A program made the position numbers and the translations under genes. Under the pieces are notes generated by a model. That model was given only the letters and a program-made list of their open reading frames with translations. It had not been told where the DNA came from and searched no databases. From positions 1 to 55,556 of the IMG/VR virus record IMGVR_UViG_3300020043_002100: a DNA stretch of 55,556 nucleotides. The stretch is one strand, 5' to 3'. Shown one piece after another: positions 18,001 to 26,447 of this stretch (positions within the stretch are counted from its first letter, which is position 1; every line of letters begins with the position of its first letter). Source of the DNA: a virus (Duplodnaviria; Caudoviricetes).

Positions 18001-18340
18001 GCGTAAGAATGGCAGCGTAACAAACTTCACTAGGATCAAGAATTATGGGGTACAAGGATTTGCTACTGGTGATATTGTACCTGCTGTACTTGTAGAAATG
18101 GCTCGAAGACTAAAAGAAGGAAACTACAAATCTTTGATTGTTAACACAGTACACGACTCTATTGTGTTTGACGTTCATCCCGATGAAGTAGAACTTATGA
18201 TTTCCTTCATTGATGATATCAACAATAGCCTAAACGACATCATCTACAAAGCTTATGGTGTGGTATTCAATGTGCCGCTTCTACTTGAAGCTAAGATAGG
18301 TGACAACTGGCTTAACCAGAAAGACGTTAAGAAAATGTGA
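15045..18340 (+). CDS. polA: DNA polymerase A (exons 15045-16337 and 16586-18340; contains an intein and a DnaJ-like Zn finger)
   Basis: Exo I LDVE, GHNL..D, YDTM; spliced TGRFSGRNP|NMQNMP; motif A DFAQLEFR; motif B RQNAKAH|TFAPLYG; motif C VHDS; mature protein about 687 aa. Confidence 0.93.
16338..16585 (+). ncRNA. Group I intron (248 nt, no ORF) in polA
   Basis: 5' site after CCU with P1 AACCCU/GGGGUU; P3 ACUCUGU/GCAGAGU; P4 CUCAGG/CCUGAG; P7 GACUA/UAGUC; terminal G at 16585; removal restores frame and PNxQNxP. Confidence 0.93.
16829..17812 (+). mobile_element. Intein (328 aa) in PolA motif B
   Basis: Starts CVTMDAEALT, ends TITGN|T; ILGWVLSDG and FLDAFIKAEG LAGLIDADG blocks; DVWCP block F. 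Confidence 0.93.
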
Positions 18341-18358
18341 CTAAGCTAAACAAAAAGC

Positions 18359-18387
18359 TTGACACAGACACCAATAATGAGTATAAC
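18359..18387 (+). promoter_or_regulatory. Sigma70-type promoter
   Basis: TTGACA-17-TATAAC upstream of the SSB-like gene. Confidence 0.8.
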
Positions 18388-18440
18388 TACTTCTCCGCAA
18401 AACGAAACATAGCGGAAAGTTAACAACAAAAGGAAAACAA

Positions 18441-19379
18441 ATGAGTAACGATATCGCACTTCTGAACGACACCTTCGACGCTGGCACTGACCTTGCAGCA
18501 ATGCTTGGTTTCGCTACTGGTGGTGGTGGTGAACAGCAAAGCACTCTTGCTGAGCTTAAGCAACTCTACAAAGCTGTCAAAGGTGAAATGGAGCACAAGG
18601 GTAAGAAAATGACGGTTGAAACTGTCGCTGGTGGTAACTACTCCCTCACCACTGCAGATGGTAAAACGGTATACTCTGACACTGTTACTGTTCGTATCTT
18701 CATGCAACGCTACCAGTATCAACGCTTCGAGAAGTACGCTGCACCGATTGAAGGTAAAGACGGTAAGATGTTCCGTTCAGTCATGGCTACCAGCCTCAAC
18801 AATGGTGACTTGAAGGACAACTACGGTGGCTTCAACTGTGGTCGTCCCGGTGGCTACATCAAGGATTATGACAGCTTGGCGGGGCCTCTGCGTGACATTG
18901 TTAAGAATACCAAGCGAGTGCTTCTGGTCTTCGGCTTTGTAACACTTGATAACCCTGTTGATGAAAATGGTAACGCTGTAGAGTTTGCTGGTCCTACGCC
19001 TTTCTTCATGCGTATCAAGAATAGCAAGAGCTACAAGAATGTTGAGGGTGTAGCTAAAGCTTTGGCTAAGCTGAACCGTCTTCCTATTCAGTATAATGTG
19101 CAGTTTAGCAGCGACAATGTTCCTCTGCCGAATGGTGAGCTTAATCACTTCATTACTGCTTCTCCGCTGTCGCCTGTAGATTTGACTACAGAAGATCAGC
19201 AAGCAGTGAAAGACTTCTTGTCATGGGTAGAGTATCAAAATGCTATGATCTTGAAGTTGTGGTCTGCTGCACATGAAGATGATATCACGGAAGAGCAGAA
19301 AGAGTTGCTGCAGTCTATGATTAATATCACCAATGATGCTGCGCCTTCGGTTAATGATGACGATGAAATCCCGTTTTAA
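18441..19379 (+). CDS. Probable single-stranded DNA-binding protein
   Basis: 312 aa directly after polA; acidic C-terminus DDDEIPF typical of SSB tails. Confidence 0.65.
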   Translation: MSNDIALLNDTFDAGTDLAAMLGFATGGGGEQQSTLAELKQLYKAVKGEMEHKGKKMTVETVAGGNYSLTTADGKTVYSDTVTVRIFMQRYQYQRFEKYAAPIEGKDGKMFRSVMATSLNNGDLKDNYGGFNCGRPGGYIKDYDSLAGPLRDIVKNTKRVLLVFGFVTLDNPVDENGNAVEFAGPTPFFMRIKNSKSYKNVEGVAKALAKLNRLPIQYNVQFSSDNVPLPNGELNHFITASPLSPVDLTTEDQQAVKDFLSWVEYQNAMILKLWSAAHEDDITEEQKELLQSMINITNDAAPSVNDDDEIPF

Positions 19380-19392
19380 GGAGTAGTAACAT

Positions 19393-20277
19393 ATGAACCA
19401 TCCAGCAGAAGTAGCACTTCATATGTTGCTTCAAGCTGTAGCTGCAGGGTCGGGGAGTGTCAGCGATGACATCCTCGACCAAGTAGCCGCAGACGTGAAA
19501 GCAGCCCTAAAGAAACAACTTAGTGGTCCTTCTCGTAAGGAAAACTTCTCACTGCGAATGTCTAATCTTGGTCGTCCTACGTGTCAGCTTTGGTTTGATA
19601 AGAATAAGCCAGAGCTTGCAACTCCGATGCAACCCTTCTTCCTCATGCAAATGCTGATCGGTGACGTTACAGAAGCTGTGTTCAAGGGTCTGCTTCGTGC
19701 TGCAGGTGTGGAGTTTGGTGACTCTGAAACTGTGTTCCTCAAAGTAGGTGATACGGAGATTCGTGGTAGCTACGACATAAAGCTTAATGGTGCCATTGAT
19801 GATGTTAAGTCAGCGTCACCTTGGAGCTTCAAGAACAAGTTTGACAACTATGAAACACTGGAAGAAGGCGACAGCTTCGGCTACGTTGCACAGCTTGTAG
19901 CTTATGCTACTGCAGCTAATGCAGAGGTAGGCGGCTGGTGGGTTGTGTCAAAGAGCAATGGTGAGTTTAAGTATCTCAAAGCTACTCCTAATGTAGAGAA
20001 GGTGCTTAAGCAGATTGAAGCTACTGTTAGCTACATCAACAACAATGAACCCTTTAAGCGTAGCTTTGAAGCAGAAGCTGAGACGTTCTATGGTAAGCTG
20101 ACGGGTAACTTGGTTGTGCCAGAAGCATGTCACTTCTGTAACTACAGATCGTCGTGCTGGACCAATGTACGCACGCTGCCTAAGCTTGTGACTAAAGCTT
20201 CAACTAAAGAGGGTGCCATGACTGACTATGTGTATGTTGCACCAGAACACGAAGAGAAGGCGTCTAGTTATGAGTAA
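19393..20277 (+). CDS. PD-(D/E)XK exonuclease, Cas4-like
   Basis: RMSNLG..C, GSYD...DDVKS, YVAQL..Y, CHFCNYRSSC Fe-S-type cysteines. Confidence 0.8.
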   Translation: MNHPAEVALHMLLQAVAAGSGSVSDDILDQVAADVKAALKKQLSGPSRKENFSLRMSNLGRPTCQLWFDKNKPELATPMQPFFLMQMLIGDVTEAVFKGLLRAAGVEFGDSETVFLKVGDTEIRGSYDIKLNGAIDDVKSASPWSFKNKFDNYETLEEGDSFGYVAQLVAYATAANAEVGGWWVVSKSNGEFKYLKATPNVEKVLKQIEATVSYINNNEPFKRSFEAEAETFYGKLTGNLVVPEACHFCNYRSSCWTNVRTLPKLVTKASTKEGAMTDYVYVAPEHEEKASSYE

Positions 20278-20533
20278 CGAAAAGGGGACGCGTATCAATG
20301 CCACCTACGAAAAAGTAATACGCGATACCTTTGCTGCTAAAGGATTTACTGTTGAAAGCGTACTGCGTTACAATAGTACTATAGCATGTGATATTTCTGA
20401 TGATACAACTGGAGTACCACTTCATGCAGCATGGAAGTACGTTAGTAATGAAGAAAGTGTAGCGTGTGTTGTAAAACTTGCAGAAGATGCAGCTAAAATG
20501 ATAGCTTCACGGGCGTGTTCTAATGAAGCCTAA
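20270..20533 (+). CDS. Hypothetical protein
   Basis: ATG 20270 overlapping upstream stop. Confidence 0.6.
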   Translation: MSNEKGTRINATYEKVIRDTFAAKGFTVESVLRYNSTIACDISDDTTGVPLHAAWKYVSNEESVACVVKLAEDAAKMIASRACSNEA

Positions 20534-20975
20534 TACACAGCGTAAACACGTTGTAGCTAAATATCGCAGTGGCCTTGAGAAAGAGGCTGCTGCTTTTTTG
20601 TCTAAGCTTGATGTACCCTTTCGCTATGAAGAGGTTACGATTGAGTGGGAAGATTTAAGCTACAGATCGTATAAGCCAGACTTCATTTTAGACAATGGTA
20701 TCATCATTGAAACTAAGGGAATGTTTGATGCTGACGATAGGCGTAAACACCTTGAGATAAAAAAGCAACACCCTGAGCTAGACATACGATTTGTATTCAG
20801 TAATGCAAAAGGAAAGCTTTACAAAGGTTCAAAGACGTGCTATAGCCAATGGTGTGAACAACATGGTTTACAGTGGGCGCACAGAGTGATACCTCTAGCG
20901 TGGCTAAGTGAAGCTGGTACACCAATCACAGAAACAAAGATCAAACTTAAAACACCACGGAAGGATACTCAATGA
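20523..20975 (+). CDS. T7 endonuclease I-like Holliday junction resolvase
   Basis: YRSGLE, YKPDFIL.NGIIIETKG, DIRFVF. Confidence 0.92.
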   Translation: MKPNTQRKHVVAKYRSGLEKEAAAFLSKLDVPFRYEEVTIEWEDLSYRSYKPDFILDNGIIIETKGMFDADDRRKHLEIKKQHPELDIRFVFSNAKGKLYKGSKTCYSQWCEQHGLQWAHRVIPLAWLSEAGTPITETKIKLKTPRKDTQ

Positions 20976-21115
20976 GTGAAGCTAACAACAACAAAACCAA
21001 AGGACTCAAGAAGCTGACCAAAGCGCACAGCATTCCACAGAAACTTGCTAAGGGTGGCAAAGAGTTTGTGCGTGATAGTAGCAAGACTCGTAAGTACAAA
21101 GTAGCAGGAGAATGA
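20972..21115 (+). CDS. Small basic hypothetical protein (47 aa)
   Basis: ATGA overlaps at both ends; AAGGA RBS. Confidence 0.55.
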   Translation: MSEANNNKTKGLKKLTKAHSIPQKLAKGGKEFVRDSSKTRKYKVAGE

Positions 21116-21459
21116 GCGTGGAGTATGAAGATGATGATGGTGATCCTATCTACTCGCTGATGCTTGTGCCTTACTACGAAGACAACGGCAATCTCAATGT
21201 CAAAGTGAGTATGGCTTTTCCTTTTGCAGAAGATGAAGATGATGCGCTTCATGTTCAGATGGTCAGTATGCTTACCCTTCTGGCTACAGCCTTCAAGCTG
21301 ACACAAGAAGATGAAAAGTTTACTGCAAAGCTCATCAAGAAGTCCAAAGGTATGCTGGAAGACTTTAAGCAAGACATGAAAAAGAACAAAGTGAAACCTA
21401 AGCAATACTTGGATGAAGAGAAGAAAGTTGTTAAGCCTAGCTTTAAGGGTAGTAAATGA
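21112..21459 (+). CDS. Hypothetical protein
   Basis: 115 aa; AGGAG RBS. Confidence 0.7.
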   Translation: MSVEYEDDDGDPIYSLMLVPYYEDNGNLNVKVSMAFPFAEDEDDALHVQMVSMLTLLATAFKLTQEDEKFTAKLIKKSKGMLEDFKQDMKKNKVKPKQYLDEEKKVVKPSFKGSK

Positions 21460-21857
21460 GTTACTTAGCATCTCCTCCACACGAGCAAAATTTATATGAT
21501 GAACTGTTTCTTCCTACTCCAATGAAAGCACCACAACATGTTAAAAAAGCAACAAAATCTGATGGCAGTGCTAGCAGCTATTACGACTTTCCTGCTGGTG
21601 CTACCACACTAAATGATGTAATGGAAGACCTTGCCGCTAATCGTTGGCATGGTGATGCACTACACCTCAAGGATATCTTCAAAGCTGCATGGCGCTGGGG
21701 TGAGAAAGAAGGCACAACCAAAGCCTACGATGCACGTAAGATCATCTACTACGGAGCACGGTTACTGATGCTGTACGCTGGTGTTGAAGCTTTGCGTACC
21801 ACACTACAATCTCTACTCGATGATAAACAATTCCAAAACAAAGGAGAAGCTAAATGA
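21456..21857 (+). CDS. DUF3310-like (T7 gp1.7-like) protein
   Basis: SDG..SYY...IFKAAWRWGEKEGT..YDARKIIYY. Confidence 0.6.
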   Translation: MSYLASPPHEQNLYDELFLPTPMKAPQHVKKATKSDGSASSYYDFPAGATTLNDVMEDLAANRWHGDALHLKDIFKAAWRWGEKEGTTKAYDARKIIYYGARLLMLYAGVEALRTTLQSLLDDKQFQNKGEAK

Positions 21858-22309
21858 TTAACGCTACCCAAGAAGTCTCTGAGTTCATCCGTGTCTTTGA
21901 TGCATCCACTGACATTGCTCTGTGGGAACGCCTCATTGAAGAAGAAGTGATGGAGCTTCATGTAGAGCTTACTGCAGACAACATCAATCGTGAGAATGTG
22001 CTGAAAGAAGCTGCTGACGTTATCTACGTTGTGACTCCTCTGATTGGCATTGTTGAAGCACTTGGTGATATTGGTCTTGTGTCAGAAGAGCGTATGCTAA
22101 AGCTGCAGAAGCTTGTTGAACGTGCAGATAATAAGCTTGAAGTTGCTATTGGTATGTTTGGTGAAGACACCATTGGCGAAGCTGTGAAGCTGGTACACGC
22201 AAGTAACATGTCTAAGCTTGGCGAAGATGGTAAACCTATTCGTCGTGATGATGGCAAAATCCTCAAAGGAAATAACTACAAAGCACCTGATCTAAGTGCA
22301 TTGGTGTAA
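21854..22309 (+). CDS. MazG-like/PRA-PH family nucleotide pyrophosphohydrolase
   Basis: LIEEEVME, KEAADVIYV, VHASNMSK, RRDDGKILKG.NY..PDL. Confidence 0.88.
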   Translation: MINATQEVSEFIRVFDASTDIALWERLIEEEVMELHVELTADNINRENVLKEAADVIYVVTPLIGIVEALGDIGLVSEERMLKLQKLVERADNKLEVAIGMFGEDTIGEAVKLVHASNMSKLGEDGKPIRRDDGKILKGNNYKAPDLSALV

Positions 22310-22310
22310 T

Positions 22311-22478
22311 ATGCGTTTCAGTATCGCTGTAGAGATTGAAGTGGATGATGGCAGCAATGTCCTCTCCACCTACACTAAGAACCACGAACAAGACGTAGCG
22401 GATGCTGTTGCTAATCTGCTGCATGACCTAGACGATGCAGAAATCTCTGACATTGTTGTAACGAAATTGAAGGACTAA
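22311..22478 (+). CDS. Hypothetical protein
   Basis: 55 aa acidic ORF from ATG 22311. Confidence 0.6.
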   Translation: MRFSIAVEIEVDDGSNVLSTYTKNHEQDVADAVANLLHDLDDAEISDIVVTKLKD

Positions 22479-22480
22479 AA

Positions 22481-25384
22481 ATGGCTAAACATAAAGTATC
22501 CGCACGAGCAGAGATTCTTACTCGTAGGACGTACAACAGGAACCTCAATGATGAAGGGACTATTTTTGAGACGTGGACACAAACAGTGGATCGTGTTATT
22601 GCTCACCAAGAGTGGCTGTGGAAACGTGCAGCTAAAGGTGAACTGATTAGTGATAACTATGCTGAGCTTCAAGAGTTGCGTAAGCTTATGCTAGATCGTA
22701 AAATCTCTACGTCTGGACGAACACTGTGGCTTGGTGGCACCTCTGTTGCACAGACCCGTGAAAGCTCTATGTTCAATTGTAGCTTCGGTGAGATTGAAAC
22801 GGTACACGATGTAGTTGATGCACTGTGGCTGCTTCTGCAGGGCTGTGGTGTAGGGTTTAAGCCTGTAGTTGGCACTCTCAATGGCTTCACTCGTGCTACT
22901 ACAATTGAGACTATTCGTTCCACTCGCACTAACCGTGGCTTTGAGCACAACACAAACTACTTCTACATTCGTGATGGCTTAAAGGTGTGGGAGCTTCGTA
23001 TTGGTGACAGTGCAGAAGCTTGGGCTAAGGCTGCAGGTAAGCTGCTGGCTATGAAGGAACCTGTTGACGTTATCGTGCTTAACTACCAAGAGATTCGGCC
23101 TGCTGGTGAACGCTTGAAGGGGTACGGATGGATTAGCTCTGGTGATGATCAAATTCATGTAGCATTCAAAGCTATCTGTGAAATCCTTAGTAAACGTGCG
23201 GGTAAGCTGCTACGTGAAATGGATATCCTTGATGTGATGAATTGGCTTGGCACTATCTTGTCGTCTCGTCGTTCTGCAGAGATTGCAGTGATGGACGTTG
23301 AAAGTGTTGAGATTGATGATTTCATTGTAGCTAAGAAGGACTATTGGCTGCACAACAACTACCATCGTACTCAAAGCAATAACTCCATTCTGTTCCATCA
23401 CAAACCTTCTAAGTGGGAGCTTCTGCATATCTTCCAAAAGATTCAGGAAGCGGGTGGCTCTGAGCCGGGGTTCATCAACGCAGAAGCTGCTGCTAAACGC
23501 GCACCTTGGTTTAAGGGTGTTAATCCTTGTGCGGAAATACTTTTGGGGAATAAAAGCTTTTGTGTATCAGGTGAAACAAAACTTATCACTAAAGACGGTA
23601 TCACTTCTATTGAAGACGCAGTAGGAAAAAGTATTGAGATTTGGAATGGTAAGCGGTGGGCTAGAGTGACGCCGTTCCAGACTGGCACAAATGACAAGTT
23701 GCTGCGTGTTTCTTTTGGAGACGGCTCTTTCCTTGATGTTACTCCTAATCACCGCTTCTTTGTTAAAGATCGTTTTGGTAAAGTATATGAGGAAGTACTA
23801 GCAAAAGACCTAGCAAAGCACAGCAAATATACGCTGCATACAGAACCCTTCACTATGGACTACACTAATGGTAAAGAGGTAGAGCATGCCTACACGAAAG
23901 GCTTTTATGTAGGTGACGGAAGTGGTTCTTACATTAGTGTGTACACAGAAGAAAAGGCGGCGCTTCCTTTGGCTGGTGTTATGGTAAAAGATGGCGAACA
24001 AAACGGAAAACCTAAGTGGTGTGTGCGTTCTCTTCCTTTTGATTGGCAAGAGACTACCAAACTAAAGTCTAATCTTGAAGAAGCATTTACTTGGGATAAG
24101 AAAAGTATCATTGAGTTTGTGTCTGGACTAGCAGACGCAGATGGTTCTAATACAAACAGTGGTGGCATTCGTATTTACCAAGCAAGTGAGTCTTTCTGTA
24201 GGGACTTGCAGCTTCTTCTTACTAAGGTAGGCATTCGTTCTAGTGTTAACTTTATGACTAGTTCGCCTTCTAACTTTGGTGTACGCAAGCCTGTATGGTA
24301 TGTGCAAATTAGTAATACCTCTGCTCTTACGTGTAAGCGTCTTTCTTGTGGATACGTAAGCGAAGGAAACAAAGGACAAAACCAAACTATTGTATCTGTG
24401 ACTCCTATTGAAGGAGAGCACAAATCATTCTGCTTTAGTGAGCCTGAGACTACTAAAGGCGTCTTTGGAAATACTCTTACTGGGCAGTGTAATCTTGTTG
24501 AAGTTGATCTAGGGAAGTTTAATGGTGACATTGCTGCCCTGTATCGTGCAATGGAAGTAGCAGCACGAGCTAACTATCGACAGACCTGTGTTAACCTTGA
24601 TGATGGTGTTCTACAGCGTTCTTGGCATGAGTTGAATGAATTTCTGCGTCTGTGTGGTGTGGGTATCACTGGTATTGTTCGCTGGGAACATGTCAACTAT
24701 GCTGTAGCTTATTCTGCTATTCGTAACTATGCTAAACTTGGTGCTGATAGCATGGCTGACGAGCTTGGGCTTCCTCGCGCTAAGCTTGTGACTACTGTTA
24801 AGCCTTCTGGTACTTTGGGTAAGATCATGGATACCACTGAGGGTGTACACAAACCGCTTGGTAAGTACATCTTTAACAACGTTAAGTTTGGCAAGCATGA
24901 TCCGCTTGTGCCGCTGCTTAAAGCTGCAAACTACCACATCTTTGAAGTTGAAGGTATCACGGATGCTGTTATGGTTCGTCTTCCTGTGTCGTATGAAGAT
25001 GTAGCTTTTGATGTAGTAGATGGAGTTGAGGTTAACCTTGAGTCAGCTATTGCACAACTGGATCGCTACAAGCTTCTGATGGACAACTATGTGGATCACA
25101 ACTGTTCTGTGACTATTAGCTATGACCAAAGTGAAGTGCCAGCTATTGTTGATTGGCTCTTGACTAATTGGGATACTTATGTTGGTGTTAGCTTCATCTA
25201 TCGTAATGACCCAACTAAGACTGCAGCAGACCTTGGCTACACCTATCTTCCGCAAGAAGTTGTGACTAAGGAAACATTCAAAGCGTACACCAAGACACTG
25301 CTTCCTCTTGATCTGGATAAAGCTAACACGCTTGAAGAGCTTGATCAGGAAAGCTGTGCTACTGGTGCCTGCCCCATTCGATAA
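22481..25384 (+). CDS. nrdJ: Class II (adenosylcobalamin) ribonucleotide reductase containing an intein
   Basis: RRTYNR, SGRTLW, FNCSF, GCGVGF, RRSAEI, NPCAEI, F|CNL, TVKPSGT, C-terminal CATGACPIR; mature protein about 658 aa. Confidence 0.93.
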   Translation: MAKHKVSARAEILTRRTYNRNLNDEGTIFETWTQTVDRVIAHQEWLWKRAAKGELISDNYAELQELRKLMLDRKISTSGRTLWLGGTSVAQTRESSMFNCSFGEIETVHDVVDALWLLLQGCGVGFKPVVGTLNGFTRATTIETIRSTRTNRGFEHNTNYFYIRDGLKVWELRIGDSAEAWAKAAGKLLAMKEPVDVIVLNYQEIRPAGERLKGYGWISSGDDQIHVAFKAICEILSKRAGKLLREMDILDVMNWLGTILSSRRSAEIAVMDVESVEIDDFIVAKKDYWLHNNYHRTQSNNSILFHHKPSKWELLHIFQKIQEAGGSEPGFINAEAAAKRAPWFKGVNPCAEILLGNKSFCVSGETKLITKDGITSIEDAVGKSIEIWNGKRWARVTPFQTGTNDKLLRVSFGDGSFLDVTPNHRFFVKDRFGKVYEEVLAKDLAKHSKYTLHTEPFTMDYTNGKEVEHAYTKGFYVGDGSGSYISVYTEEKAALPLAGVMVKDGEQNGKPKWCVRSLPFDWQETTKLKSNLEEAFTWDKKSIIEFVSGLADADGSNTNSGGIRIYQASESFCRDLQLLLTKVGIRSSVNFMTSSPSNFGVRKPVWYVQISNTSALTCKRLSCGYVSEGNKGQNQTIVSVTPIEGEHKSFCFSEPETTKGVFGNTLTGQCNLVEVDLGKFNGDIAALYRAMEVAARANYRQTCVNLDDGVLQRSWHELNEFLRLCGVGITGIVRWEHVNYAVAYSAIRNYAKLGADSMADELGLPRAKLVTTVKPSGTLGKIMDTTEGVHKPLGKYIFNNVKFGKHDPLVPLLKAANYHIFEVEGITDAVMVRLPVSYEDVAFDVVDGVEVNLESAIAQLDRYKLLMDNYVDHNCSVTISYDQSEVPAIVDWLLTNWDTYVGVSFIYRNDPTKTAADLGYTYLPQEVVTKETFKAYTKTLLPLDLDKANTLEELDQESCATGACPIR
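23561..24487 (+). mobile_element. Intein (309 aa) in RNR, C-terminal Gln
   Basis: Starts CVSGETKLIT, ends NTLTGQ|C; GFYVGDG and FVSGLADADG blocks. Confidence 0.92.
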
Positions 25385-25396
25385 GGAGTGTAAAGT

Positions 25397-25657
25397 ATGA
25401 CTAAAGGTGAATACAAAGTAGGAATAGACTTCAATCCTAGCCAAGATGATGTTGTGGGGCGCATTAAGCGTCTCGCAGCAGACTTCATCGACTTGGTTGA
25501 TGATAACAACAACATGGTGCAGCTACTTTCTTTTGAGACTAAAGAAGACAAGATTCGTGCTGTGGAAGTAGCCCGACTAACAGCTATTGCTCTTACTGAC
25601 ATTGAATCTGCGGCTATGTGGGCTGTTAAAGCTGCGACTAAAGGAGTACCTAAGTAA
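25397..25657 (+). CDS. Acb2/Tad1-like helical hairpin protein
   Basis: FNPS...IKR.AA...RLTAIALTDIESAAMWAVKA resembles Tad1/Acb2 signature. Confidence 0.6.
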   Translation: MTKGEYKVGIDFNPSQDDVVGRIKRLAADFIDLVDDNNNMVQLLSFETKEDKIRAVEVARLTAIALTDIESAAMWAVKAATKGVPK

Positions 25658-25658
25658 T

Positions 25659-25874
25659 ATGTACTACATCATCACTCGTGAAGACTGCAGCTTCTGTGAC
25701 AGAGCAAAAGAGTTGCTTAAGAAACGGGGAGACTCCTTTGAAGCACACCTGTACACGGATCATCCAATGATTAAGAAGCTGATGATTCGCGCTGGGCTTG
25801 ACACTGTACCACAGATTTGGTACAAAGGCACTTACATTGGTGGCTATGAAGACCTTGCACAGTATCTCAAATAG
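25659..25874 (+). CDS. Glutaredoxin
   Basis: CSFC, TVPQIW, YIGGY. Confidence 0.92.
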   Translation: MYYIITREDCSFCDRAKELLKKRGDSFEAHLYTDHPMIKKLMIRAGLDTVPQIWYKGTYIGGYEDLAQYLK

Positions 25875-25889
25875 TGGGATAAAGAGTAG

Positions 25890-25918
25890 TTGACAATGCT
25901 GTAGCTTTGTGCTATAAC
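25890..25918 (+). promoter_or_regulatory. Sigma70-type promoter upstream of tRNA
   Basis: TTGACA-17-TATAAC. Confidence 0.8.
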
Positions 25919-26010
25919 TACTGTACTTGTGGATAGAACACTATTGAACCCTCCGTGGCGTGTGACCGTTGCAACGTAATGGCAACCCTGTATACGGTAA
26001 GCAGGATTTA

Positions 26011-26092
26011 GCTGGTGTCGCATAGCGGCGATTGCACTGCTCTTGTAAGGCAGCATAACACACCGTGAGTTCGAGTCTCACCATCAGCACCA
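26011..26092 (+). tRNA. tRNA-Thr(UGU)
   Basis: Acceptor GCTGGTG/CATCAGC-A-CCA; anticodon stem CTGCT/GGCAG with loop CTTGTAA; T arm GTGAG-TTCGAGT-CTCAC. Confidence 0.88.
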
Positions 26093-26093
26093 C

Positions 26094-26186
26094 GTTGGTT
26101 TAGTGTAGTGGTAACACGGCAATCTCTTGTGTCAGCAAGCTTGACCAAAACTGCAGTCCTTGGTTCGATTCCAAGTTCCTTCGCCA
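26094..26186 (+). pseudogene. tRNA-Trp-like RNA with 19-nt anticodon-loop insertion and mismatched acceptor stem
   Basis: Perfect D arm (GTGT/ACAC) and T arm (CTTGG-TTCGATT-CCAAG), G73-CCA; removing 26127-26145 restores loop CTCCAAA. Confidence 0.65.
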
Positions 26187-26207
26187 AAGATATCACTAGG
26201 AGTTTAT

Positions 26208-26408
26208 ATGTCAAGTTGGGACGGATCAGTTGTAAATCCTACAGTTTATGTAGAAAACGGCTTGGAGAGTTGGGTGCTTGACTCTAACGGTAATCCTTAT
26301 GTTGTAACTAAACGCTACAAGATGGGCTTTGACTTGACTCCTAAAGCACAAAAAGCAGAGACTACACTACAGACACAAAGCATTAGACCATTTATGCTTG
26401 TGTTTTAA
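26208..26408 (+). CDS. Hypothetical protein
   Basis: ATG 26208 after AGGAG. Confidence 0.6.
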   Translation: MSSWDGSVVNPTVYVENGLESWVLDSNGNPYVVTKRYKMGFDLTPKAQKAETTLQTQSIRPFMLVF

Positions 26409-26447
26409 CTTAATAACAGAAACCCTCAATAAGAGTGATTACACTAA

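Noticed and set aside
19393-20277. Cas4-like nuclease as evidence of a CRISPR-Cas system
   Set aside because: No array or other cas genes; stand-alone Cas4-like exonucleases are common in phage replication modules.
25925-26010. Possible additional tRNA or ncRNA between the promoter and tRNA-Thr
   Set aside because: Only short hairpins; no cloverleaf, TTCG loop or CCA end.
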